This document shows, piece after piece, positions 47,523 to 56,424 of a stretch of DNA of 64,000 nt. Location: NCBI GenBank assembly GCA_050173015.1, contig JBFXLE010000004.1, positions 64,001 to 128,000 on the forward strand. Reading direction: 5' to 3'. Positions within the stretch are counted from its first letter, which is position 1. Each line of letters begins with the position of its first letter. A program made the position numbers and the translations under genes. This DNA is from Calditrichaceae bacterium. GTDB taxonomy: Bacteria > Calditrichota > Calditrichia > Calditrichales > JBFXGD01. The notes below the pieces were generated by a model, which did no database searches, was not told the origin of the DNA, and saw only the letters and a program-made list of their open reading frames with translations.

Positions 47523-48430
47523 CTGTTTAAAAATTGCCATCCATCCCCTCGAAAATATGTACCAATGATGCTTTCAATCATATAAATAATAATCATAAGG
47601 AGTATAAAATACAGCACGGACTTTTCAAATTTCTTTACTACCGGTAACAGAAAGAAGGCGATGAGTATCAGCGAGGGGAAAACAACACCAGCGATCGAAA
47701 CCGGCAGCCAGGCAAGAAGTTCCTGCAATCCGATGAAGTACCAGGGTCCTTTTACAACTTCAATAACCGCGTCCGGTCTGAATCCCAGTTTTGCGGGAAA
47801 CAAAATTGCAAAAAGTGAGATCAATATGATTGTATATGCAAACGCGTACCGCTCCGATTTTAATCTGTGAATATGAATATAGGTAAGAATCACGGATAAG
47901 ATTGAAAAAGTGGCCGCGTGATGCGTATAGATTACCGCCAGCGGTGTTGTTGAACGTTCCGACTGCAGGAGAAAGTTTGACAGAGTATTCCCAAGCGCGG
48001 GAAGCGTTTGCAGGATTCCGTCAAAGATATGCACCGCGGAAAAACTTTCCTTGCTGCCGATACTTAAAAATCCGCTGAAGACGGTAAGAATGGAGATTAC
48101 GAACAGAATGATAAGCAATCCCCATGATTTCATGGTATAGCTTTGATAAGTTTTTTTTAAAAGATATTCAATGATATGGATGACTGTTGAAATTAGAAAT
48201 ATATCACCCGCGTAAGAATGGAAACCGTGTAAAAAAGCACCCATATAGCCGGCGCTGATGAATTGACTGACACTCCGGAATGGATCGTCGCCGGAAATAT
48301 AGAAGGGTATGAGCATTAATCCTGAAATCAGGGCTAATACAAGGCTGCTGAGTGAAATTTCCCCCCAGCCCGGCATCCACAATGTTTTTTCAAAAAAGAC
48401 TGATCGGTTCAAGATTTTATCCATTTTCAA
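47519..48430 (-). CDS. Cytochrome b/b6-like protein (Rieske/cyt b complex membrane subunit)
   Basis: ISGLML..FY, heme His in GFHSY / VIHI / THH / YIHI; SGFL; PEWY-equivalent GPWYFIGLQELL. Confidence 0.82.
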   Translation of the reverse strand: MKMDKILNRSVFFEKTLWMPGWGEISLSSLVLALISGLMLIPFYISGDDPFRSVSQFISAGYMGAFLHGFHSYAGDIFLISTVIHIIEYLLKKTYQSYTMKSWGLLIILFVISILTVFSGFLSIGSKESFSAVHIFDGILQTLPALGNTLSNFLLQSERSTTPLAVIYTHHAATFSILSVILTYIHIHRLKSERYAFAYTIILISLFAILFPAKLGFRPDAVIEVVKGPWYFIGLQELLAWLPVSIAGVVFPSLILIAFFLLPVVKKFEKSVLYFILLMIIIYMIESIIGTYFRGDGWQFLNR

Positions 48431-48436
48431 AAAAGA

Positions 48437-48832
48437 TCAAATAATTATCTCAATATCATTCGTTTCGTTGAGTTTATAATCCAGATCGGTCAGATTTTTT
48501 TTTGCCGGTCCGGATAAATAATTCCCTTCATTGTCAAATTTGCTGCCGTGACAGGGGCAGATGAACATTTTGCTGTTTTCGTTAAAATTTACGGTGCATC
48601 CCAAATGAGTACATTTTTTTGAAATGATGCGCAATTTTTGATGGTCAGTTCTGACAAAGAAAAATTCGGTTTCCTTCAGGTCTTTCAATTTTAATTTTAG
48701 AACATGTTTCTTTTGGGAAATACGATTTAAAAAACCGGAAAATGGAAAATACAAAAGACCTGCAGCCAGAAATAAAATTCTCCGGCCTAATGTATGTAAA
48801 AATGTGCGGCGTTTGTAAGTGTTTTCCGACAT
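48437..48832 (-). CDS. Rieske [2Fe-2S] protein
   Basis: KCTHLGC and CPCHGSKF boxes, SGPA; Tat-like KRRTFL. Confidence 0.95.
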   Translation of the reverse strand: MSENTYKRRTFLHTLGRRILFLAAGLLYFPFSGFLNRISQKKHVLKLKLKDLKETEFFFVRTDHQKLRIISKKCTHLGCTVNFNENSKMFICPCHGSKFDNEGNYLSGPAKKNLTDLDYKLNETNDIEIII

Positions 48833-48872
48833 ATCAATTATTTTTTTGTGAGACTATTTTATATGATAAGGG

Positions 48873-50012
48873 TTAGATCCCCGATGAGTCATTCTTCTCC
48901 CGGACAGTTGTTTCGACTGTTAAAACCTGGATGAAGAGCTGTGTCATAAAACTGTCCAATCTCCTGATTCCCTTATTATCTCCGGATACGATCCAGCTTT
49001 GCCGGATAATTTGTTTAAATAAGGGGAACAATCCAATTATAGATTCAATTTCCGGCGAATAGTGTATTTTTTTTCTGCTCAAATATGACCTGAGTTTGTT
49101 GATCACTATCGGTCCTAATATAAAGTACCAGATAGTCATTATAAGAACGGATCTCGCTACCATTAATAAAGCTGCTGTTCCTTGGTTTTTCTCAAATACG
49201 GGAAAAATATAGGACAAAATCAGGATCGATGATATAATCACGAGTAGCATTATATTGGAAAATTTATGCCAGGGACGTTTTCTTTTCTTTTTTTTCGGAG
49301 GATTATCCGCTTTATCAGAATCCACAGTCAGATTCAACGATACCGGATTGTTTTTTAATTCGTTTTTTATTTTAACGCTAAGGATAGGCGCCCAAACACC
49401 TGCCGATACACCGGCCGCAACGTGAATGCCTACATATAGAATGATAAATAAGGCGCTGATGCTGAGTGGCAGGGAATCCGTTCCTGAAAGAAAAAGTTGA
49501 CCAAGAATATATTCTGTAAACAAGTCAATCGAATTCCACAGATTATTACCGAAAACAACGGTCAAAATGATGATTTTCTGAATTCCCGATTGAAACAAGG
49601 CCAGAGCTCCGAGGATGGGAGCGGCTATACCGGGGTATTTTATCCATCGGAATATAAATTCACCGAACAAACCCTGCAAACCCACGGCGATATACGCGGT
49701 AATCGGTGTGTGTGGACTGACAAGACCTTTCACAATTAAAACCAATAGAGTGGCGCGGAGAATGGTGTTTTTTTTATCCGAAAAACAAGCGATAAGCGTC
49801 ATAAATATCACAGCGCTGCTGCCGATTATCAATCCGGTGAACGGGATTTTAAATGCATGCAGAATGCCTCCGAGTCCTGCTTCGCTTAAGGCCCAAAGCG
49901 CTGTAATTCGGTCGATAGCTCTCGTACGGGAAAAGTAATACCCGGCCGGAGAATCATTGGTAATCATTGTATTTTTGATGGGATTATTCATTTTTCTTGC
50001 TTCAGGTATCAC
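48873..50012 (-). CDS. Hypothetical polytopic membrane protein
   Basis: Several TM segments; ITALWALSEAGLGGILHAFKIPFTG; start overlaps the mobA stop. Confidence 0.7.
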   Translation of the reverse strand: MIPEARKMNNPIKNTMITNDSPAGYYFSRTRAIDRITALWALSEAGLGGILHAFKIPFTGLIIGSSAVIFMTLIACFSDKKNTILRATLLVLIVKGLVSPHTPITAYIAVGLQGLFGEFIFRWIKYPGIAAPILGALALFQSGIQKIIILTVVFGNNLWNSIDLFTEYILGQLFLSGTDSLPLSISALFIILYVGIHVAAGVSAGVWAPILSVKIKNELKNNPVSLNLTVDSDKADNPPKKKKRKRPWHKFSNIMLLVIISSILILSYIFPVFEKNQGTAALLMVARSVLIMTIWYFILGPIVINKLRSYLSRKKIHYSPEIESIIGLFPLFKQIIRQSWIVSGDNKGIRRLDSFMTQLFIQVLTVETTVREKNDSSGI

Positions 50013-50644
50013 TCTGTCTGATCAGGAAACTCATCTGTCTGCATCAATCTTGCCAGGTCTTCCCGGGTATTGACATTATAAAAGTATTCGGGTTTATACC
50101 CCGGCATATTATTGGGGATATCGACCTGAACGGCGTTTAAGCGTGAAAGAAGTTTGTGCAGACTGTAATTTCCCTCACGGATTGACTGTTCGACGATCCT
50201 TAATGCGTTGGCCGGCCAGATAGAGACCAAGGGCTCGATACCCTTATCGGACTTTGCGACAACTGCTTGATCGGCCGATCGGGAGTTCATCATATAATGA
50301 TACACTTTTGCCGAAAGGCGGGGCATATCACATGGCAGAACGGCAATCCATTGGTCCGGGAAACAGGCCAGCGCCGTATAGATACCGCCAATAGGCCCCC
50401 GGTCGGTAACTTTGTCCCGCACAGACCTGATGTGATCAAAATATTTGATCTCTTCCGGGCCTGAAACGATAACGATATTGTCCGCGATACCTTCAGCCAG
50501 CCCGGCGGCCCAGTCTATAAGTCGCTTATTTTTATAGACAGCTGTGACCTTCGAAGTACCAAATCTGGCGCTTTTTCCACCGGCAATGATCGCCGCGGAA
50601 AGTGCATTTATATTTTCCAAACATTTCTCATAGTAAATGATCAT
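50009..50644 (-). CDS. mobA: Molybdenum cofactor guanylyltransferase
   Basis: IIAGGKSARFG..K, GPIGGIYTAL, LPCDMP, EPL, FYNVNTREDL. Confidence 0.93.
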   Translation of the reverse strand: MIIYYEKCLENINALSAAIIAGGKSARFGTSKVTAVYKNKRLIDWAAGLAEGIADNIVIVSGPEEIKYFDHIRSVRDKVTDRGPIGGIYTALACFPDQWIAVLPCDMPRLSAKVYHYMMNSRSADQAVVAKSDKGIEPLVSIWPANALRIVEQSIREGNYSLHKLLSRLNAVQVDIPNNMPGYKPEYFYNVNTREDLARLMQTDEFPDQTE

Positions 50645-50741
50645 GTAAAACTATAAAGGTAATCAAAATATGAACTTAAACAAGTAAAAAGTTTGGGTTC
50701 AATTGAAGTTTGGCTGGAAAGAAAGAGATAAAGTAAAGAAA

Positions 50742-50771
50742 AAAGCCTTTCCCGGTGAAGGGAAAGGCTTT
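50742..50771 (-). terminator. Rho-independent terminator
   Basis: Perfect 12-bp stem AAAGCCTTTCCC-GGTGAA-GGGAAAGGCTTT with a T-run on the - strand. Confidence 0.85.
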
Positions 50772-50787
50772 AAACCTGACGGTTTTG

Positions 50788-51417
50788 TTAAATGACGCCG
50801 CGTAATCTCATAATTTCTTCATGCAATGCCTGTTGTCCGTCGGAAGTACTGACATCCGCATTAAAACTGGCATTTAATTTCTGAACTTCAGTCAGGCTGC
50901 CATCGAAATCACCGAGCCAGAAATAATCCTGGGCCATACACAATTGTAAATCCTTGTAATCCAGATCGATTCCGATGGACGGAGAATTATAGGTGAATGA
51001 CCAGTTAGCCTCATTGCTGATTGCCATTGAGGCGTGCACAATAGAATTGTCATATAAACCGAGAACGAGTTCGGCAAAAGCCATACCTGCATACAGATCA
51101 TTGCTTGAAATGTTCAGGTCATCTGCGGAGTCAAAATAATCGTATGCCGTCGCGATTTCTCCCAATTTGGAATAACTCCAGGCAAGACCGAGATGGGCTG
51201 CAAATTCATTCGGGTTGTCAGAAAGGGCGGTATCAAAATATCCAATGGCTTCCTGATAATTTCCCGCCTTAAACGCATTCCAGCCACTAACGCTCGCGTC
51301 AGATATTGTCGTGCCATCGTCCTTATTGCTCGTAGAATCTGAACTGCAGCCGACAAATGCAATAGAAAATATTAATATCAGCCACAAATTATATAACAGA
51401 AGTTTTTTGATTTTCAT
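50788..51417 (-). CDS. TPR-containing lipoprotein
   Basis: Lipobox FVGC; GWNAFKAGNYQEAIGYF..AL..NP..AHLGLAW TPR pattern. Confidence 0.82.
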   Translation of the reverse strand: MKIKKLLLYNLWLILIFSIAFVGCSSDSTSNKDDGTTISDASVSGWNAFKAGNYQEAIGYFDTALSDNPNEFAAHLGLAWSYSKLGEIATAYDYFDSADDLNISSNDLYAGMAFAELVLGLYDNSIVHASMAISNEANWSFTYNSPSIGIDLDYKDLQLCMAQDYFWLGDFDGSLTEVQKLNASFNADVSTSDGQQALHEEIMRLRGVI

Positions 51418-51442
51418 AATAAAGCTCCTTATCCAATCTGTT

Positions 51443-54361
51443 TTATTTTATCAATATCATTTTTTTAGAAACTACCTGGTCGCCTGAAACAAGCTGGTAG
51501 AAATACACACCACTGGAAACTTTTTGTCCGGATGAATTGGTTCCATCCCAGCGGACTTTGAAAGTGCCAAAAGAATATTTTCCGCTGAACAAAGTTTTTA
51601 ATTTTTGTCCCAGACTGTTATACACGACCAGTTCGGTATTCTGAGGAACCTTATTTGCAATTGTAAACTCAATATCAGTGACCGGGTTAAAAGGATTTGG
51701 GAAATTCTGATTCAGGACAAAACTCTGAGGCATCGCGTTAGTTATTGCGTCACCTTCACCCAATTTATATGTACCGAGTTTGGAAGTGTTAATGACAAGT
51801 TCTTTGTTCGTCTTATCAATGTAGGTCTCTTGCTCTACCCATCCCGCCGCAGAACGATAATATACCTTAAGTCTTGATTCATCATATACCTGATTCTTGA
51901 TGAGCTCATCATATTTAAAGGTCAGAACAAATTCTTTATCTGATACGTAATCGGTCGGTCCAAATTGTATTTCTGAACCTTCAAACATACCCGATTCATT
52001 CCTGATGATATCTGATTTAAAGATTGTCATGAACATTTCATCTCTAACGGCATCTGCAGGGATAAACAGGCTCACATCACCATCGGGACTGTAGGCCAGT
52101 GTTTCTTCACCGGGTTTTAGCAGCTGAACTCCGAAGTCTTTTTCAAAGGATGCGTCCGGTCCGAAAACACTGATGGCATCCACGCTTAAATGGATAGTAC
52201 CGGAAGCCGTAAAATAAACTTTACAGCCATAATTGTAGAGGGAGATGTCATTCACTGTTAGATCTGCGCTTGATTCTCCGAGGGACGCGGTCACTTCAGG
52301 CGGCGCCATGAGAGGAATATCCGTGGTCATAAATATTTCGGCAAACATGGTGAATGCAGAATTCTGAACAAGGGAAATACCCAGATCAGGCGGATCCAGC
52401 TTATTTATCTGAATCATACGTTCGATGATTTTTGCGGGAGCGTTATCCGCGTCAACGGTGATGGTGTAAAAAAATACATCTCCGGCAGGAAGGTTGTCAA
52501 CATGAATAGGCCAGACAGTATAGTCACCGCCATTTGCCTGCATATTCCCAAATTCGGTAGTCGCGTTGCCTTCGACCAGGGAAAGACCGCTTGGGAGATT
52601 TATTGTGGCTGTGACATTTGTCGCTTCCACACCACCGGTATTGAACAGGCTCGCGGTAACTGAAAATGAAGTGGTCTGCGGTACGCTGTTTTCCACTTTT
52701 ATTGATGATATTGATGAAACCGATACCGATATTGGCGGCAGCAGGTCATCGTTTGGTATGACGAACCTATAAGCGATATTGTTTGAGCCGTTTGATTCAA
52801 CTACCACATCGTTTGGATCAATCTGAGCATAGATAGCGTGATAAGCTGGATTAGTAGGCACCGTCCAGTCGAATGAAAATGTATAGCTTGATCCGGCCTG
52901 GATTGAATCGACATACATGACTGCCGAGATTGGAATACCGCCGTCAGGGTCGCCGTCGAATAAGCGGATTCCCACATTCATCGCGGTGGCAAATCCATAG
53001 TTATGCACCGTTGTTTTGATGGTGATGGGATCACCGGCATTTCTTGTTTCAGTGTCAGGCAATAAAACAATATCACTTGCCGAGACAGCGAGATCGGGCA
53101 ATCCCAGCGCAAAATTCAGCGGCATAAAATCAGCGCCGGCCGCGCCACCAAATGAGCTTATAATTGATAAGTTTTTTGTCCCCGTTACATGATAAACGGT
53201 TTTAGTCGAATAAAAATAATAGCCTTCGCCTTCATTTAAAGTCCCTGTCCAGACGTTTGACTCTGTATTGGGATCATAAACCGTAATTTCATTTCCGTCC
53301 TCGTATGAGAAGATATTATAGTCGCCGGGAATAACGGGTGTATAGAAATTAGTACCTATCCCGCGTCCTGATTCATCCACTTGCCTTGTCAGATAGTAAT
53401 AACTACCTGAGTAATATGCATAGGGAGTATTACATACTGTCGCATTATTGCTGGTTTCGACTTCCCAGTAAGTATCTTCATATATGATGTCATAGGCCAC
53501 TTCGCCTTCATTTAACGTTCCTGATGAAATCACTTCCTGAGTTGTGGAGTTGGTCACCGTATAAGTGGTGTTATCTGAATATGCGGTAATGATGATTCCG
53601 TTTGGCCAGCCGCCCACATATCCGGCAAAACCATAAAAATGCGTACCGGTAAACAGACCGTTGGTAGCCGGTATAAAGTATCCCTGATCGCCATAACTCA
53701 GAGCGGATACCGGTTTGCTCGATCTGACACCAAGAAAAACACCATAATAACCGTCTAATTGAAAATGTTCACCCTCATTTAATATTCCGGCGGCAATGGT
53801 GTTTCCGGATGAGAGATCCCGGATAGTGAATTCTGTTCCGTCTTCATAACCGAATAGGATAAAATGAGCATAACCGTATGCATCGGGCATATATGTGTTT
53901 ATCCTTGTGGATAAGGCTCTGCCGGCTTCATCAACAGCGAAATAACCCATTACATAATTAGAAACAGGATCGCCAACAAGCAGAGTAAAGGAGTTAGAAC
54001 CTTCAACTCTATATACACCGGCGCCGGAAGTAAAAGCATAATATTCATCATTATTTAATGTGGTTGTGCCAATTAATTCACCCGCAGAATTAAAAAAGTT
54101 AAATGTTGTATTATCGAAGTAGCTAAAAACAATAAGATCTGAAAAGGTGTAAGAAGTAGTAGCAAAGACAAAATCCGCGGGTTTAAGCAAAGATTTCTCG
54201 ATTTGCGACGAGATCACGCCCTGCTGAAATCCGGGAGACGCGTTATCTGTTGTAAATCCGGGCGCTGCGCCCGGTATCTGCTGGGCAAACAAACTGCCGA
54301 CAGACAGATATAGAAGAATTAATAATACCGTAAACTTCTTCTGCATAAAAACCTCCTTCAA
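51443..54361 (-). CDS. Secreted multi-domain protein (four internal repeats, CARDB-like, FlgD/T9SS-type tail)
   Basis: Signal peptide; four repeats ending GTLNEGE/TTLNNDE; PDLAVS...DPNDVVVESNGSNN; QNFPNPFNP...WDGTN..SSGVYFYQL...KKMILIK. Confidence 0.78.
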   Translation of the reverse strand: MKEVFMQKKFTVLLILLYLSVGSLFAQQIPGAAPGFTTDNASPGFQQGVISSQIEKSLLKPADFVFATTSYTFSDLIVFSYFDNTTFNFFNSAGELIGTTTLNNDEYYAFTSGAGVYRVEGSNSFTLLVGDPVSNYVMGYFAVDEAGRALSTRINTYMPDAYGYAHFILFGYEDGTEFTIRDLSSGNTIAAGILNEGEHFQLDGYYGVFLGVRSSKPVSALSYGDQGYFIPATNGLFTGTHFYGFAGYVGGWPNGIIITAYSDNTTYTVTNSTTQEVISSGTLNEGEVAYDIIYEDTYWEVETSNNATVCNTPYAYYSGSYYYLTRQVDESGRGIGTNFYTPVIPGDYNIFSYEDGNEITVYDPNTESNVWTGTLNEGEGYYFYSTKTVYHVTGTKNLSIISSFGGAAGADFMPLNFALGLPDLAVSASDIVLLPDTETRNAGDPITIKTTVHNYGFATAMNVGIRLFDGDPDGGIPISAVMYVDSIQAGSSYTFSFDWTVPTNPAYHAIYAQIDPNDVVVESNGSNNIAYRFVIPNDDLLPPISVSVSSISSIKVENSVPQTTSFSVTASLFNTGGVEATNVTATINLPSGLSLVEGNATTEFGNMQANGGDYTVWPIHVDNLPAGDVFFYTITVDADNAPAKIIERMIQINKLDPPDLGISLVQNSAFTMFAEIFMTTDIPLMAPPEVTASLGESSADLTVNDISLYNYGCKVYFTASGTIHLSVDAISVFGPDASFEKDFGVQLLKPGEETLAYSPDGDVSLFIPADAVRDEMFMTIFKSDIIRNESGMFEGSEIQFGPTDYVSDKEFVLTFKYDELIKNQVYDESRLKVYYRSAAGWVEQETYIDKTNKELVINTSKLGTYKLGEGDAITNAMPQSFVLNQNFPNPFNPVTDIEFTIANKVPQNTELVVYNSLGQKLKTLFSGKYSFGTFKVRWDGTNSSGQKVSSGVYFYQLVSGDQVVSKKMILIK

Positions 54362-54954
54362 TAAGTTAGATTTGTAGATGGTGAAAAAAGTTGTTACAAA
54401 TATTATTAAAATCCCGGGCGGTATATTGACCGTGCCAGGTAAATATAATCATAATTCAACCTTCAATTTTGCAGGAGATAATCTCATATCGATTCGTACA
54501 CGGGTTAAAATTAAATGAAATCTTTTTTCCTTTGTCCGTTTACCAAAATTGTTAATCCGGGTTTAAATAAGAGCCCCGGGTCAAATCTGCTTCCCGATTA
54601 AAAAGGGAAGATGACTAAAACTATCAGGATATTTATCCAGTAACGCTGTAATGATAAATTAGTCATGTCCTTTTTTTGGTGAAAATTCTGAATAGTTTTG
54701 TGATATTTTAAAGGGGAATATAAACAATAATCATCGGGGAGCTTTGATCTACGTCAAAAGAATGGAGATTCATAACACTTTATTCTATAAAATTGTTAAT
54801 AAATATGGCTAAAAAATAGGGAAATGTTTAAAAATTGATAAATTTTACCGAATATTAAAGAAATAGTACTGTCTATAAATCATATAAAATTAATGACTTA
54901 CAAAAATTATACGGGAATATTTTGATATAAAACACATTTAATTTGATTTGGAAT

Positions 54955-54986
54955 AAAAAAAAGACCTTTTTTAAGGCTTTTTTTTG
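54955..54986 (-). terminator. Putative terminator after the DUF1028 gene
   Basis: A-run-GACC ... GGC-T-run hairpin next to the stop codon. Confidence 0.4.
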
Positions 54987-54991
54987 TTTGC

Positions 54992-55984
54992 TCATTTCCC
55001 CGCGGAAATAATTTTTTCAAGTGTTGCATGATCCACATTCAGAAGTCCGTTTTTGACAATTCGCCTTGTCAGTTCCGCCCAGTTCTTATCTTTTTTAAAT
55101 ATTTCTTCGAACATGGGCAGGGCTTTGTCTAACATGCCAATGTTTACAAGTGAGACCGCGTGCCAGTATTTCATCTCGATGTTTTTCGGAAACATCGATT
55201 CAGCCGCTCCGTATTCCCGCAGCGCTCCCTGTTCATCGCCTTTTTCGATGGCCAGATCACCGTTGTTCATGTGTTCATAAGCGCGGTAAACTCTGAGAAC
55301 GCGTTCAATTTCATTAACCGCGTCGGGATGATCTTCAACTCTTAAATCAATTTTGCGGTCCTCCCAAAGATTACCCGTCGCTTTTCCTTTAACAACAAGT
55401 ATGGCCGCCGACTGTTGTCCGCGAATATCGCCTCCCGCTGCCTGTGCCGCTTTCAGAGCCGCCAGCATTCTTTCCGCGAGAGGGCCTGTACTCGATTCAA
55501 ATGCCTTGGACATGGCGGGGACAACTTTATCATTTAGCATCATGTTTGCCTGAACGGAATAATTTTTACCGGTAATATGTCCGGCGTCAGCTATACATTT
55601 CTCTCCGGTGTAAGCCGCGACCTGACCCTTTGTATTGATTATTGCCACCTGCCGAAAATCACGCCCCTCATCCGAGGCGATGAGATCATTGAGCGCTTCG
55701 GAAGATGATTGACCGGATTTTAGCAAATCGAGTCCGCGCGGGCCAAAAGAAGCGTTTACCATCGATTGTGTGGCTACTGCTCCAACGCCGGCCTCCGCCC
55801 ATGAAACAATCGATCCCACGGAAAACCAGTGTGACTGAACAGCCACTCCCAGTTCGCCTGTCTGTTCATCACGTGCTACGATTGAAAATGTGTGTGTAAA
55901 AGGTTCCCCGTTAAAAGTTTGCGCAAAGAGTGTTGATGCAAGGAAAAAAATAGTTAATGAAGTGAAATTAATAAATATTTTCAT
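54992..55984 (-). CDS. DUF1028 (Ntn-hydrolase-like) protein with C-terminal TPR
   Basis: HTFSIVARD..TGELGVAVQSHWFSVG, GVGAVATQ, AGGDIRGQQSAA, DLRVEDH. Confidence 0.92.
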   Translation of the reverse strand: MKIFINFTSLTIFFLASTLFAQTFNGEPFTHTFSIVARDEQTGELGVAVQSHWFSVGSIVSWAEAGVGAVATQSMVNASFGPRGLDLLKSGQSSSEALNDLIASDEGRDFRQVAIINTKGQVAAYTGEKCIADAGHITGKNYSVQANMMLNDKVVPAMSKAFESSTGPLAERMLAALKAAQAAGGDIRGQQSAAILVVKGKATGNLWEDRKIDLRVEDHPDAVNEIERVLRVYRAYEHMNNGDLAIEKGDEQGALREYGAAESMFPKNIEMKYWHAVSLVNIGMLDKALPMFEEIFKKDKNWAELTRRIVKNGLLNVDHATLEKIISAGK

Positions 55985-56424
55985 AAAGAGCCTCCGGTTG
56001 AATGCTTATTGAGCAACATATGAATCAATTCCGTTTCGTCAGCCTTCATTTTTAGAGTGGCGGGATTAATAAAGACGATCTGTCTCCAATTATAAAAGAC
56101 CTTGTAAACTTTTAAATTTAAAATAAAATTTCTTCGGTTCAATTAATATTCCTTTAAAGAAATAAATTAGTTTAAGCAGAATTAATCCACAAGATTTTTT
56201 ATTCCTTCACTGATTTCGGATTTCAATATGGATGAATAATTCAAGGAATATGGGGGTTAGAGAATGACTTAAGGATATAAATATTCATTTCTTTGATGGT
56301 TTTTATTGTTTTAAGCGTTATTTTTAAATGTTTGTATTTAACGTTCAGAATATAGAATTTATAAAAATATATTAGTTAACGATGTGGGCGATATTGTCTG
56401 GAAATGTCTAACTAAGGAGTCAGC

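Noticed and set aside
56020-56090. Fluoride-riboswitch-like string on the - strand upstream of the DUF1028 gene (GGAGAC...GCC...GGCTGACG)
   Set aside because: Lacks the GAUG core and pseudoknot complementarity; downstream gene is not fluoride-related. An Rfam scan would settle it
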